44,800 bases of DNA from Candidatus Eiseniibacteriota bacterium (GCA_031370785.1 JANMQY010000053.1:1-44800), one strand, 5' to 3'; shown: positions 18,729 to 28,875, counted from the first letter of the stretch. The notes: generated from the letters alone by a model not told the origin. Numbers and translations are program-made.

Positions 18729-19094
18729 TCAGGAGCGCGAGAAGGTCGCCCGCGCGAGCGCGAGCCAGCCGACGAGGAAGCAAACGCCCCCCAGCGGCGT
18801 GACCGCCCCGAAGAGACGCACGCCGCTGAGTGAGAGGGCATAAAGGCTGCCGGAGAACAGCAGCGTGCCGATCGAGAGCAGCCAGCCGGCAGCGCTGAGG
18901 CCCGGACGCGGCTCGCGCTCGGCGACCATCCCGACGTAGAGCAGGGCGAGCGCATGAAACATCTGGTAGCGCGCGCCGGTCTCGAACGCCTGGAGCATCT
19001 CGGGGGAGAGCTGAGCGCGCAGCGCGTGCGCCCCGAACGCGCCCGCCAGCACCGCGAGGAATCCCGAGAACGCGCCGACCCGAGTGAAGTTCAT
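18729..19094 (-). CDS. DUF423/YgdD (TMEM256-like) membrane protein
   Basis: AGAFGAHAL, FETGARYQMFHALAL, LFSGSLY, TPLGG motifs; start ATG 19094. Confidence 0.92.
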   Translation of the reverse strand: MNFTRVGAFSGFLAVLAGAFGAHALRAQLSPEMLQAFETGARYQMFHALALLYVGMVAEREPRPGLSAAGWLLSIGTLLFSGSLYALSLSGVRLFGAVTPLGGVCFLVGWLALARATFSRS

Positions 19095-19189
19095 CGGCCG
19101 AGCGTAGTGAGATTCGCGCCGGCGCACCAGCGTGCGTCGCCCACGCCGCCCGAACCACCACGATCACCCGATCACCGCGCCTTCGCCCG

Positions 19190-19233
19190 AAAAAAAGAGC
19201 CGCCCCCGCGGGCGGTCGATCGGCGGGGGCGGC
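19190..19233 (-). terminator. rho-independent terminator after tRNA-Asn
   Basis: 11-bp stem GCCGCCCCCGC/GCGGGGGCGGC followed on the minus strand by a T7 run. Confidence 0.8.
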
Positions 19234-19239
19234 GGCAAG

Positions 19240-19314
19240 TGGCTCCTCGGGTAGGATTCGAACCTACAACCCTCCGGTTAACAGCCGGATGCTCTGCCGT
19301 TGAGCTACCGAGGA
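19240..19314 (-). tRNA. tRNA-Asn (GTT)
   Basis: Reverse complement TCCTCGGTAGCTCAACGGCAGAGCATCCGGCTGTTAACCGGAGGGTTGTAGGTTCGAATCCTACCCGAGGAGCCA: 75-nt cloverleaf, GTT anticodon, TTCGAAT T-loop, encoded CCA. Confidence 0.98.
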
Positions 19315-19375
19315 ACGGATCGGGTGCGGCCGGCGCGGGATTTCTGGCTCGAGCCACGTCAAAGTCAGGCCGGGG

Positions 19376-19405
19376 ATTCTAGCCGCCACGCTCGTGCGGG
19401 GTCAA
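19376..19405 (-). promoter_or_regulatory. sigma70-type promoter for tRNA-Asn
   Basis: TTGACC-N18-TAGAAT about 60 nt upstream of the tRNA. Confidence 0.7.
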
Positions 19406-19452
19406 GGAGAGCCCGTGTGCATTGCGCCCGCTCCATTCGCGTGCGGCGCGCC

Positions 19453-20481
19453 TCAGTGCGCCTCCACGGTCCGGCCCACCGCGAGGCCGCGCTCGATCGC
19501 GCGCGTCGCATATCCGGAGTGGCTGTGAGGCGGCCGATGTTCGAGATGCCAGCGCACCACATCGGGCAGCCACTGATCGAGCGCGGTCGCGGCGAAGCCC
19601 CACTGCTTCTCGGCGCGAGCCGGGTCGAGCACGGAGGACCAGGGTCCCGAGAGCGGCGAGAAGCCGGGATCGAGTCCGGCAGTCGCGGCTTCCTCGGCAG
19701 AGAGCGTCGCGAAGCGCGGCGTGACGCCGGCCGCCCGCGCAACGCGCTCCAGAAACTCGCGCAACGTCACCACGTCCGGCTGAGCGAGGTTGTAGACGAG
19801 CTCGGAGGGGGACTCGCTCTCGAGCAGAGTGCGGAGCACCTCCGCCACGTCGCCGGCGTAGAGGAAGCGTGTCGAGCTGGCGCCGCCTTCGGGCAGCAGC
19901 AGCAGACCGCCGTCGAGCATGCGCTCGAGGTACGCCCAGAGCCGGAGCGTCGGATCGCTCTCGCCGTGAACGATCGGCAGGCGAAGCACCGTGGCGCGCA
20001 TGCCGTGAGAGGCGCGCAGCGCCAGCACCGCCGCCTCGGCGCGGCGCTTGCCCACGCCGTAACGCCACTGCGCATGATCGCGCGAGTGCTCGGCCGGCTC
20101 GGGGCGGAGCGGGAACGCACTGTCCTCCTCGCGGTAGGGCGTGCGCGGCGCCTCCGTCACCAGATAGACCTGGCCACTCGAGATGAGCACGTAGCGGCCG
20201 AGCGCGGCGCGGGGCACGAGGAGCACACCTTCGACGTCCGCGGCGTCGAAGGCGCAGAAGTCCACGGTGAAGTCGAAGCGGCGTCCGTCGAGGAGCGCGG
20301 CCAGCGCGGCCGGATCGCGGCGGTCGCCATGCAGCGCGTGGGCGATGGAGGGAACCGGGTGCGAGCCGCGCGAGAGCGTCCAGACCTCGTGGCCGGCCTC
20401 GGCCAGCATGTGCGCGGTGCGTGCCCCCATGAATCCGCTGCCGCCGAGCAGCAACACGCGAGCGCCGCTCACCGGCGGCAT
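19453..20481 (-). CDS. NAD-dependent epimerase/dehydratase (atypical SDR)
   Basis: LLGGSGFMG Rossmann motif, LHGDRRD, YVLISSGQVY, YGVGK (YxxxK). Confidence 0.88.
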   Translation of the reverse strand: MPPVSGARVLLLGGSGFMGARTAHMLAEAGHEVWTLSRGSHPVPSIAHALHGDRRDPAALAALLDGRRFDFTVDFCAFDAADVEGVLLVPRAALGRYVLISSGQVYLVTEAPRTPYREEDSAFPLRPEPAEHSRDHAQWRYGVGKRRAEAAVLALRASHGMRATVLRLPIVHGESDPTLRLWAYLERMLDGGLLLLPEGGASSTRFLYAGDVAEVLRTLLESESPSELVYNLAQPDVVTLREFLERVARAAGVTPRFATLSAEEAATAGLDPGFSPLSGPWSSVLDPARAEKQWGFAATALDQWLPDVVRWHLEHRPPHSHSGYATRAIERGLAVGRTVEAH

Positions 20482-20499
20482 TCCGCCAGTCGCACTCCG

Positions 20500-21276
20500 C
20501 TAGCTCTTGAGATTCTTCTGCAGGAAGGCGAGCGTGCGCGCCCATGCCACGCGCGCGGCGTCGGCGCGGTAGCTGGGCTTTCCCTCGTGCATGAACGCAT
20601 GACCGGCGCCCGAGTATTCGAAGATCTGGGCGGGCTTGCCAGCCTTTGCGAGCGCGCTCCGGAATGCGTTGACCCGCTCGATCGCGATCCCCTGATCCTC
20701 GGCGCCGAAATGCCCCATCAGCGGCGCGCGCAGCGAGGCCAGCTTCTCGGGATCGGTCTCGGGCGGTCCGTAGAACATCACGACCGCGGCAAGGCTCGGG
20801 GTGCGCAGTGCATAGCGCAGGCTGATGCCACCGCCCATGCAGAAGCCGATGATTCCGACCTTCGACTTCGCGGTGCGGGGCTGAGAGGCCAGCCACGAGC
20901 GCGCCGCATCGAGCTCGGAGAAGACCCGGGTGTCCTCGAGTCCGCGCATCAGCTCGTGCGCGTCCTCGGGCCCGTCCGCGACCTTGCCGTGGTACAGGTC
21001 CGGAACGATCGCGACGTAGCCCTGGCGCGCGAGCTGGCGCGCGACGTCCTGGATCTGGGCGCTCAAGCCCCACCACTCGTGGACCACGATCACCGCAGGC
21101 GCGGGACCCTCTCCTGCCGGCATGGCGACGAATGCGTCGGTGCCACCCTCGGGCGTCTGGAGATGAACGCTCGTGTGATCGGGGTTGGTCGCCTTGCTCG
21201 CGGCAGAGACGAATCCATGATGAGCGAAGAACAGAAGCGCGGCGGCCGAGAGGAGAAGCGGAATCCAGCGTCGCAC
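20500..21276 (-). CDS. dienelactone hydrolase-family protein, with signal peptide
   Basis: VHEWWGL, PDLY, nucleophile GFCMGG, GAEDQGI, AGHAF; GTG 21276 follows GGGAGGT. Confidence 0.92.
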   Translation of the reverse strand: MRRWIPLLLSAAALLFFAHHGFVSAASKATNPDHTSVHLQTPEGGTDAFVAMPAGEGPAPAVIVVHEWWGLSAQIQDVARQLARQGYVAIVPDLYHGKVADGPEDAHELMRGLEDTRVFSELDAARSWLASQPRTAKSKVGIIGFCMGGGISLRYALRTPSLAAVVMFYGPPETDPEKLASLRAPLMGHFGAEDQGIAIERVNAFRSALAKAGKPAQIFEYSGAGHAFMHEGKPSYRADAARVAWARTLAFLQKNLKS

Positions 21277-21348
21277 CGAGACACCTCCCTGGGGTCGTGA
21301 GACTGCGGAAGCGGGGTCGGGAGAGAGTTTACACCCCTGGGGCAACGG

Positions 21349-21969
21349 CTACGAGGGCTGCGAGGTGCGGCAGTCCGGGCACATGCCGTGGCTGAAGGAG
21401 GCCTGCTCGCGCGAGTCGATGTAGGCCGCGATCTCCTGCCATTCGCCGTCGGCGGCACGCACCTTCTTGCAGTGCGAGCAGACCGGCAGCAGGCCTGCCA
21501 GCCGATGGACCTCGGCGCGGCTGCTGTCCAGCTCGGCGCCCGCCACCCTCAGCTCCTCGACCGTGCGCCGCAGGTGCTGCGTGAGCCCGACGATGCGCAG
21601 CCCGGCGCGTACGCGCGCCATCAGCTCGCCCTGATCGCAGGGCTTGACCAGATAGTCGTCCGCGCCGGTCTCGAGCCCGAGCAGCCGGTCGCTGATCTCG
21701 CCCTTGGCGGTGAGCAGGATGAAGTACGGGGCCGCTTCGCGCAGACCGGTCTTGACCGACTGACACAGCTCGAGACCGTCGACCTCGGGCATCATCCAGT
21801 CCGAGATCACCAGATCGGGCTCGAACGTCACGATCGCCTTCATGCCTTCGCGCCCATCGGAGGCGGTCATGACCTGATAGCCGTCGATCGACAGCCGCTT
21901 CTGCAGCACGCGCTGGAAGAACGGATCGTCCTCGACGACGAGCACTTTCACTTCGGGCGGAGTCTTCAT
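21349..21969 (-). CDS. response regulator: receiver + coiled coil + Cys-rich C-terminal domain
   Basis: ATG 21969 overlaps the upstream stop (ATGA); VEDD, SDWMMP, LTAK, DDYLVKP; tail LLPVCSHCKKVR...FSHGMCPDC. Confidence 0.9.
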   Translation of the reverse strand: MKTPPEVKVLVVEDDPFFQRVLQKRLSIDGYQVMTASDGREGMKAIVTFEPDLVISDWMMPEVDGLELCQSVKTGLREAAPYFILLTAKGEISDRLLGLETGADDYLVKPCDQGELMARVRAGLRIVGLTQHLRRTVEELRVAGAELDSSRAEVHRLAGLLPVCSHCKKVRAADGEWQEIAAYIDSREQASFSHGMCPDCRTSQPS

Positions 21970-22367
21970 GCGGCTTCCTCGAGCATGCCGCGCACCTGTT
22001 CCACGAATGCGGCGTGGTCGATGATCGGCTTGGATACGTAATCGTCCGCCCCACTCTGGGCGAGCAGCTTCTCGGCGTCCCCGCGCATCGCGTGTGCGGT
22101 GGCGAGCATCACCGGCACGCCCACGCCTTGCGGGTCGGCCTTGATCATGCGGGTCAGATCCACTCCGCTCACCGGGCGCCCGTCGTAACTGGTGTTGCCC
22201 AGCGAGACATCCATGATCACCAGGTCCACATCGCCTCCGCATGCCAGCGCAAGGATCTCCTCCGCCGATTCGGACAGCGTGATCCGACAGCCGACGCGCT
22301 TCGACAGCAGCTTGCTGAACAGAATCGCATTGTGGGCATCGTCCTCGACCACGAGCACGTGCTTCAT
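21966..22367 (-). CDS. single-domain response regulator (DivK/CheY-like)
   Basis: VEDD, MDVSL, ATAHAMRGD, DDYVSKPI. Confidence 0.92.
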   Translation of the reverse strand: MKHVLVVEDDAHNAILFSKLLSKRVGCRITLSESAEEILALACGGDVDLVIMDVSLGNTSYDGRPVSGVDLTRMIKADPQGVGVPVMLATAHAMRGDAEKLLAQSGADDYVSKPIIDHAAFVEQVRGMLEEAA

Positions 22368-25300
22368 GCTGCCTTCTCCCCGGGCGTGTCATCTCCCAGG
22401 CCGGGCTTGGGGCCTGCGTCCCCGCCCTCATGTGCCACGTGCATCTGCCAGTCGATGACGTGCGGCAGGAGCTTCGGATTGTCGTGGATCGAGCTCTTGG
22501 GCAGCACATCGAGGACCAGCCCGTCTTCGAGCAGGCGCTTCTCCTCGTCGGTGCGCGCCTCGGGAAAATTGGTGAGCACCACCACCGGCAATTCCGGACT
22601 GGTCCCGGTGAGCGTCATCTCGCGCAGGACGTCGTAGCCGCTGACCTTCGGCATCATCAGATCGAGCAGCAGGAGATCGAAGCCGTATGGCTGGGTGCGC
22701 AGGAAGTGCAGGCACTCGTCGCCGCTGGTCGCAATCTCCAGGTGGTAGCGTTTCTCGGGCAACACCTTGCGAATGAACGCCGCCACCGTGGGATCGTCGT
22801 CGGCCATGAGCACTCGCACCGTGCGGCTGTGCAGCTGGCCGACCAGCTCCTGGATCTTCTCGAGCAGGACGCTCCCGTCGATGGGTTTCATCAGGTGCTG
22901 TGGCTTGCGCCCGAACGCGGTGGACTTGAGCTTCTCGCGCAACTCGTCGTCGAAACCGGTAACGAAGATCAGCGGGATATGCCGGGTCGAGTTGTCGGTG
23001 GTCATGCGCTCGGCGAGATCCCAGCCGGTGCGCAGATTCGCGCCCTCGTTGCAGCCGAGCGCGTAGTCGAGAACCACCACGCTCGGGCACAGGCGTCGCG
23101 CCAGTACCCAGCCGCCCTCGGCGTGACGCGTCTCGACCGTGCGGTAGCCGTTCTGATGCAGCAGTGTGGTCAGATACTTGCGGAAGATCCGGTCGTCCTC
23201 CACCACCATCACCAGCGGACCGCCGGCCGGACCGTCGATGCGATCGCCGGGCTCCTCCACCTCGACCTCGCTGCGTGCCTCGGCATTCCAGACCGGCAGC
23301 GAGAAGTACATGCGCGAGCCCTTGCCCTCACCGTCGCTGTGGACGCCGATGATGCCACCCATCAGCTCGACAAGGCTGCGCGAGATGGCCAGACCCAGCC
23401 CGGTGCCGCCGTACTTGCGCGTCGTGCTGCCGTCCGCCTGCGTGAACTTCTCGAACACCACCTTCTGCCTCTCGGGCGCGATTCCGATGCCGGTGTCCTG
23501 AACGACGAACATGAAGTGTCCGCTTTCAGGATGCTGGGTTGCGGAGAGAGTGATCGTGCCGTGCGGCGTGAACTTGAGGCTGTTCCCGACCAGATTGATC
23601 AGCACCTGCTTGACCTTGCCGAAGTCGCCGCGTGCGCGCAGCTCGCCGGATGCAGGCGCGTTGATCCTGAGCGCGATGCCGCGCTGCGCCGCCTGAACGT
23701 GAGTCAGGGTGTAGACCTCGTCGAACAGCTGCTGGACGTCGATCGGCTCGATGTCGAGCGTGAGCTTGCCCGCCTCGATCTTGGCGATGTCGAGCACGTC
23801 GTTGATCAGGCCGAGCAGATGCCGCGAGCACTGCAGCGCCTGATTGAGGAAGTCGCGCTCCTCCTCCGGTGTGTCGCACATTCCATCCAGCACCAGCTGG
23901 AGGAATCCAATCATGCCGTTGAGCGGGGTGCGGAGCTCGTGCGAGGTGTTCGCCAGGAACTCGCTCTTGAGGCGCGAGGCCTCGTCGAGCTGGGCGTTGA
24001 CCTCGGCCAGCCGGCGATTGCTGATCTCCAGCCCCTCGGCAATGCTGCGGATGCGCTTCTCGGCCTCGACCCGCTCGCTGATGTCGCGGATGAACGCGGT
24101 GAACATCGGCGTGTCCATGTTCGGCATGCGCGAGATCGAGATCTCGATCGGGATCTCGGTGCCGTCGGCGCGAATCGCGGACAGCTCGAGCCGCTGCCCG
24201 AGCACGCTGGATTCGTTCGTTCTCAGATGCCGCGCGAAACCGTGAGCGTGACGCTCGCGCATGGACTGGGGGATCAGCAGCTGGGCCATGTCGAGGCCCA
24301 GCACCGCGTCGCGCCGGTGACCGAAGATCTTCTCGGCGGAAGGGTTGAATTCGAGAATGCGGCCTTCGTGATCGATCGCCACGATTGCATCGAGCGCGGT
24401 GTCGAGCACCGACTGAACGCGCGCGGCGTGCCGCCTGGTCAGCTCCACCTCCCGCTCGGCCAGCCCGGTCGCGTACTGGCGGCGCCAGAACCACAGCGCG
24501 CCGAGCGCGAGCAACGCGGTCGACAGGTCGAGCAGCAGCAGACCGAGCAGGGTCGAGCGCATGCCCTCGTCGACTGCACGGCGGTCGTCCTGTCCGACCA
24601 GTCCCCAGCCCACTTCGGGCAGGAAGCGGGTCACGGCCCACAGATCGGCGCCGGTGGGCTGCGGGATCTCCACGCGCGATTCGGCGCCAGCCGCCGCCAT
24701 CGCCGCCCCGCGATGCAGCGGATCGACACCTGCAACTATCGACCCGCGACGCACCAGAGGATTCGAGGGCAATGAGGTGAGGAACACGACACGGTCACCG
24801 TCCTGGCGTACCAGGTAGGCCCCGGCCACGTGCCCGAACCCGGGCCAGTTGCGCAGCAGCGAGCTGGTGGCGTCGTCCACACAGACGCCGATCATCAGGA
24901 CCGGAATTCGCCCGCCGACCCCCGAGTCCACGATCGGCACGGCAACCGCGAGCTCCTCGGCGCCGTCGCTGGTTCGATGCAGATCGCCCAGCGTCGGTGC
25001 GCCGGCGCTCAGCGCGCGACGCGTTAGCCTGGCAACGTCCTCCGCGCGTTCCTGGCTCGCGCCCGAGGTTCCCACCAGAATCGTGCCTTCGGGGGACACC
25101 AGGGCGGCGAAATCCAGCTTGAAATCGCGGGCGATGCGCTCGAGCTCGGCACGAATCGACTGCTGCTCGCCTGGCGCCAGCGGAGAGGTCATCGAGTTGC
25201 GTGCCCAGGCCTTGACCACGGCCTGGCCAGCCACGAACCGCGCGTCGCGCTGGTACCCGTCGAGCAGCACCTGCACATCGTCACGGCGCTTCTCGGTGTT

Positions 25301-25534
25301 GACCTGGAGTTCACTCCAGCGCTGCCTGGTCAGCTGATTCTCGGCGTTCTGGTAGATGCCGAAGTTGAGAAGGATGACGCTCAGGAACGCGAGGACGATC
25401 AGACCGGCCGCGATGCGGCGGGACTCCTTGCGAACGTCGAGGCCTGGCGCGAGGAAGCTGCTGACCGCACCGCCCGCGGGCGGCGGCGAGTCATCCGGTA
25501 TCGCCGGATTCTGCTCCTGGGGCGTACGAAGCAC
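22364..25534 (-). CDS. hybrid sensor histidine kinase (TM-extracytoplasmic Cache-like-TM-PAS-HisKA-HATPase-REC-REC)
   Basis: FLANTSHELRTPLNG, NLVGNSLKFT, DTGIGI, GGTGLGL and two receiver domains; start moved to GTG 25534 because AGGGAGG lies 6 nt upstream. Confidence 0.93.
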   Translation of the reverse strand: MLRTPQEQNPAIPDDSPPPAGGAVSSFLAPGLDVRKESRRIAAGLIVLAFLSVILLNFGIYQNAENQLTRQRWSELQVNTEKRRDDVQVLLDGYQRDARFVAGQAVVKAWARNSMTSPLAPGEQQSIRAELERIARDFKLDFAALVSPEGTILVGTSGASQERAEDVARLTRRALSAGAPTLGDLHRTSDGAEELAVAVPIVDSGVGGRIPVLMIGVCVDDATSSLLRNWPGFGHVAGAYLVRQDGDRVVFLTSLPSNPLVRRGSIVAGVDPLHRGAAMAAAGAESRVEIPQPTGADLWAVTRFLPEVGWGLVGQDDRRAVDEGMRSTLLGLLLLDLSTALLALGALWFWRRQYATGLAEREVELTRRHAARVQSVLDTALDAIVAIDHEGRILEFNPSAEKIFGHRRDAVLGLDMAQLLIPQSMRERHAHGFARHLRTNESSVLGQRLELSAIRADGTEIPIEISISRMPNMDTPMFTAFIRDISERVEAEKRIRSIAEGLEISNRRLAEVNAQLDEASRLKSEFLANTSHELRTPLNGMIGFLQLVLDGMCDTPEEERDFLNQALQCSRHLLGLINDVLDIAKIEAGKLTLDIEPIDVQQLFDEVYTLTHVQAAQRGIALRINAPASGELRARGDFGKVKQVLINLVGNSLKFTPHGTITLSATQHPESGHFMFVVQDTGIGIAPERQKVVFEKFTQADGSTTRKYGGTGLGLAISRSLVELMGGIIGVHSDGEGKGSRMYFSLPVWNAEARSEVEVEEPGDRIDGPAGGPLVMVVEDDRIFRKYLTTLLHQNGYRTVETRHAEGGWVLARRLCPSVVVLDYALGCNEGANLRTGWDLAERMTTDNSTRHIPLIFVTGFDDELREKLKSTAFGRKPQHLMKPIDGSVLLEKIQELVGQLHSRTVRVLMADDDPTVAAFIRKVLPEKRYHLEIATSGDECLHFLRTQPYGFDLLLLDLMMPKVSGYDVLREMTLTGTSPELPVVVLTNFPEARTDEEKRLLEDGLVLDVLPKSSIHDNPKLLPHVIDWQMHVAHEGGDAGPKPGLGDDTPGEKAA

Positions 25535-25590
25535 AGACTTCCTCCCTAGAAGACTGTTCGAGTGAGTCGCGGGCATTCCCAACGCGACAG

Positions 25591-25619
25591 TCATCGGCAG
25601 TCGCCGCCCTCGACTTCAG
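25591..25619 (-). promoter_or_regulatory. candidate sigma28 (FliA/SigD/WhiG)-type promoter
   Basis: CTGAAG-N15-GCCGATGA upstream of the kinase RBS. Confidence 0.45.
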
Positions 25620-25658
25620 CCCGATCCGCTTCCCCGGTCGACACTTGGCGCCTGGACG

Positions 25659-27518
25659 CTATCCGCCTTTCTGCCAGTAGCGCGGGCGTACGTTGGCCGC
25701 CAGCACCCGCTTCCTCAGCCGCAGGCTGGTCGGGGTGACCTCGAGCAGTTCGTCCTCGCGGATCCACTCCAGGGCCTGTTCCAGCGACATCGTGTGAACC
25801 GGAAGCAGGTGGATCCCCTCGTCCGACGTCGAGGCGCGCATATTGGTGAGCTTCTTCTCGCGGACGATGTTGACGTCGATGTCCTCGGGGCGCGGATTCT
25901 CTCCAACGATCATGCCCTCGTAGACCCGCGCGCCCGGGCCCACGAACATCTCGCCGCGGTCCTGGGTGTTCTCCATCGCGTAGGCGGTCACCTTGCCCGA
26001 GCGGTCGGCAACCAGCGCACCGGTGATCCGGTGCGGGATGTCGCCCTGCCACGGCTCGTATCCGTCGAAGAGATGATTGAGCAGCCCGGTGCCCCGGGTG
26101 TCGGTGAGGAACTCACTGCGGAACCCGATCAGGCCCCGCGAAGGGATGCGGAACTCGAGGCGCACGCGCCCGGTCCCGTGATTGACCATATTGGTCATGC
26201 GGCCCTTGCGTGAGCCGATCTTCTGCGTGACCACTCCGACGAAGTCCTCGGGGGCATCGATCACCAGCTTCTCCATCGGCTCCTGGCGCGCGCCGTTCAC
26301 CGTGCGCGTGATCACCTCTGGTCGGCTGACCGCCATCTCGAAGCCTTCGCGACGCATCATCTCGATCAGGATCGCCATCTGCAGCTCGCCGCGCCCCGAC
26401 ACACGGAAGCTCTCCGGAGTCTCGGCCGGCTCGATGCGCACGCTGACGTTGGTCAGGATTTCGCGATCCAGACGCTCCCTGAGATTGCGCGAGGTGACGT
26501 ACTTGCCTTCCTGACCGGCGAACGGCGAGTTGTTCACCGAGAACATCATGCTCACGGTGGGCTCATCGATGACCGGCGCCGGCAGCGCGCGGGGATCCTC
26601 GGGATCGGTGATGGTCTCTCCGATGTTCACGACCTCGAAGCCGGCCAGTGCCACGATGTCGCCGGGCCCGGCCTCCTCCACCTCGACGCGCTGCAGTCCT
26701 TCGAACACGTAGAGATTGGTCACGCGGGTGCGCACCATGCTGCCATCGAGCCGGACCAGGCCCACGTCCTGCTTGCCGCGCAGGTACCCGTTCATCACCC
26801 GCCCGATGGCGAGCCGGCCCACGAAGTCGCTGTAGGCCAGGTTCAGCACCAGCATCTGGAGCGGCATGTTGCGGTCGTAGTCCGGCGCCGGGATGGTGCG
26901 GACGATCTCTTCGAACAGCGGCTTCAGCTTGTGGTTCTCGCCGTCTGGAGTCAGGCGGCAGATGCCATCGCGCGCGATCGTATACAGCACCGGGAAGTCG
27001 AGCTGGTCCTCGTGGGCATCGAGATCGATGAACAGGTCGTAGATCTCGTTCAGCACCTCCTGCGGCCGTGCGTCCTTGCGATCGATCTTGTTGATGACCA
27101 CGATCGGCGGCAGCCCGAGCTCGAGCGCCTTCTTGAGCACGAACCGGGTCTGCGGCAGCGGGCCCTCGCTCGCGTCCACCAGCAGCATGACGCCGTCCAC
27201 CATCTTGAGCGTGCGCTCGACTTCGCCGCCGAAGTCCGCGTGGCCCGGCGTGTCCACGATGTTGATCTTGTACTTGCCGTAGCGCACCGCGGTGTTCTTG
27301 GCGAGGATCGTGATTCCTTTCTCGCGCTCGAGATCGTTCGAGTCCATCACTCGCTCGATGACTTCCTGATTCTCGCGGAACACGCCGCTCTGCCAGAGCA
27401 TCGCATCCACCAGCGTGGTCTTGCCGTGGTCGACGTGTGCGATGATCGCGATATTCCGGATGTCGTCGCGAATCGCGGTGTCGGACCCCTTCACTGCCTT
27501 GGTCTGGCTGGGAATCAA
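25659..27518 (-). CDS. typA: translational GTPase TypA/BipA
   Basis: [59 protein letters not shown]; probable TTG start at 27518 after GAGGAGGA. Confidence 0.96.
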   Translation of the reverse strand: MIPSQTKAVKGSDTAIRDDIRNIAIIAHVDHGKTTLVDAMLWQSGVFRENQEVIERVMDSNDLEREKGITILAKNTAVRYGKYKINIVDTPGHADFGGEVERTLKMVDGVMLLVDASEGPLPQTRFVLKKALELGLPPIVVINKIDRKDARPQEVLNEIYDLFIDLDAHEDQLDFPVLYTIARDGICRLTPDGENHKLKPLFEEIVRTIPAPDYDRNMPLQMLVLNLAYSDFVGRLAIGRVMNGYLRGKQDVGLVRLDGSMVRTRVTNLYVFEGLQRVEVEEAGPGDIVALAGFEVVNIGETITDPEDPRALPAPVIDEPTVSMMFSVNNSPFAGQEGKYVTSRNLRERLDREILTNVSVRIEPAETPESFRVSGRGELQMAILIEMMRREGFEMAVSRPEVITRTVNGARQEPMEKLVIDAPEDFVGVVTQKIGSRKGRMTNMVNHGTGRVRLEFRIPSRGLIGFRSEFLTDTRGTGLLNHLFDGYEPWQGDIPHRITGALVADRSGKVTAYAMENTQDRGEMFVGPGARVYEGMIVGENPRPEDIDVNIVREKKLTNMRASTSDEGIHLLPVHTMSLEQALEWIREDELLEVTPTSLRLRKRVLAANVRPRYWQKGG

Positions 27519-27531
27519 CCGGTCCTCCTCG

Positions 27532-28875
27532 TCAGGGTCGCCCGTTCTGTGCGGCGGCTTCGAGCCGCCCGCGCAGTTCGTGCCAGTAGCCGGAGCTTTG
27601 CTCCAGGGAGTCGTAGGAATAGAGCGCGAGGCGCGGGAAGCCGAGGGAGCGCGCACCGAGAATCTTCGCCGCGGCCAGCGCGGGTGAGGTGTTGTAGACC
27701 GCGATGCCGGGCACGACCCGGCCGAGCGCGCCGAATTCGGCGGAGTAGCCGACCAGCTGGTCCATGACCGTCTGCACGGTCGGGGCGTAGCACATCGCGT
27801 AGGCGCGATCGAGCAACCCTTCGCGCACCCACTCGGTCCACGGCTGGGCGTGCACGTTGCGTGCGGCCAGCGTGTCGGCCAGAACCGCGGCGCTGAGCGC
27901 GACCCCGGGGCGCGTGCGCTCGATCGAGTCGCGCACCTCGCGCACGGTGGCGGTGACCTGCGCGCGCTGGAACGAGGCCCACTCCGAGTTCACTTCGGCG
28001 CGCCGGCCGGCGGGAACCAGCGCGATGCGGCGCGGATCGACGCCGCTCTCGAGCGCGAACCGGGCGCGAGTGGTCGGATCGAATCCGACCGGGACTCCCG
28101 GCTGGCGGATGTAGTCGAGGTGGACGCCGTCGACCGGATAGCGCTCCACGATCTCCTTGACGACCCGCGCGAGCCAGGTGCGTACGCCGGGATGCGCCGG
28201 CGCGAGGAACACACCTTCGAGGCCGAGGCGCCTGCGCTCGCGCGCCCGGTACTCCGAGAGCTTGCGGCCGTCACGGGTGCGCGCGATCCATTCGGGATGC
28301 GCGTTGACAACGTGCCGCGGGTCGGACGGCCGCTGTGGCGCCGACCACACCAGCAGGCAGTTCACCCACGCGTGCACCTGGAGACCGGCCGCGTGCGCGC
28401 GTGTCAGCAGATCGCCGAGCGGATCGAAACTGGCGTCGCGCGAGCCGGGGAGCGCCTCGGCCCTCGGCAGCAGATCCGAGCGATAGTACGCATCGCCACG
28501 GCCGACCACCTGCACCAGAAGTCCGTGCACGCCCATCGACTCGGCCGCGGTGATGATGCGCGGGATGTCCGCGGGACTGAGCAGCGAAGTGCGCACCACC
28601 CACAGATCGTCCACGAGTGGGCTGCGTTCGGGCGGAGCGGCGACGATGCTGCCTGGGCCCGCGGCCCGCGCCGAGTCGACGGCGGTCCGCACGCCATCTT
28701 CGGCAGCGGTCCGCGAGGCGTCCGAGGCGCGTATCGTGTCGGTCCGCGCGTCGGCGGCGGCCCGCGACGTCACGATCCCGGCGCCCGCCGGCGCAGGCGC
28801 AAGCGCCACGGCGATCGCCAGCATCGCCGCGGTTGCGATCACCCATCTCCCTGGACACATCCTTCCAACCGACAT
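27532..28875 (-). CDS. GHL10/YddW(DigH)-like glycoside hydrolase, exported
   Basis: Signal-like N-terminus; [15 protein letters not shown]...[35 protein letters not shown]. Confidence 0.85.
   Translation of the reverse strand: MSVGRMCPGRWVIATAAMLAIAVALAPAPAGAGIVTSRAAADARTDTIRASDASRTAAEDGVRTAVDSARAAGPGSIVAAPPERSPLVDDLWVVRTSLLSPADIPRIITAAESMGVHGLLVQVVGRGDAYYRSDLLPRAEALPGSRDASFDPLGDLLTRAHAAGLQVHAWVNCLLVWSAPQRPSDPRHVVNAHPEWIARTRDGRKLSEYRARERRRLGLEGVFLAPAHPGVRTWLARVVKEIVERYPVDGVHLDYIRQPGVPVGFDPTTRARFALESGVDPRRIALVPAGRRAEVNSEWASFQRAQVTATVREVRDSIERTRPGVALSAAVLADTLAARNVHAQPWTEWVREGLLDRAYAMCYAPTVQTVMDQLVGYSAEFGALGRVVPGIAVYNTSPALAAAKILGARSLGFPRLALYSYDSLEQSSGYWHELRGRLEAAAQNGRP

Noticed and set aside
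18493..19167. N-terminal 225 aa of the 627-aa ORF-track call for M43 copy 2
   Set aside because: Overlaps the DUF423 gene in another frame; the RBS and signal peptide place the real start at 18492. Similar over-extensions were trimmed for ettA, typA, rplX, rpsC, rplW, rpmD and the 21349 regulator.
19240..19314. tRNA-Asn as integration site of a genomic island covering the secreted-protein cluster
   Set aside because: No integrase and no duplicated tRNA 3' end seen; the tRNA is followed directly by its terminator.
22430..24775. 781-aa plus-strand ORF
   Set aside because: Antisense shadow of the hybrid kinase.
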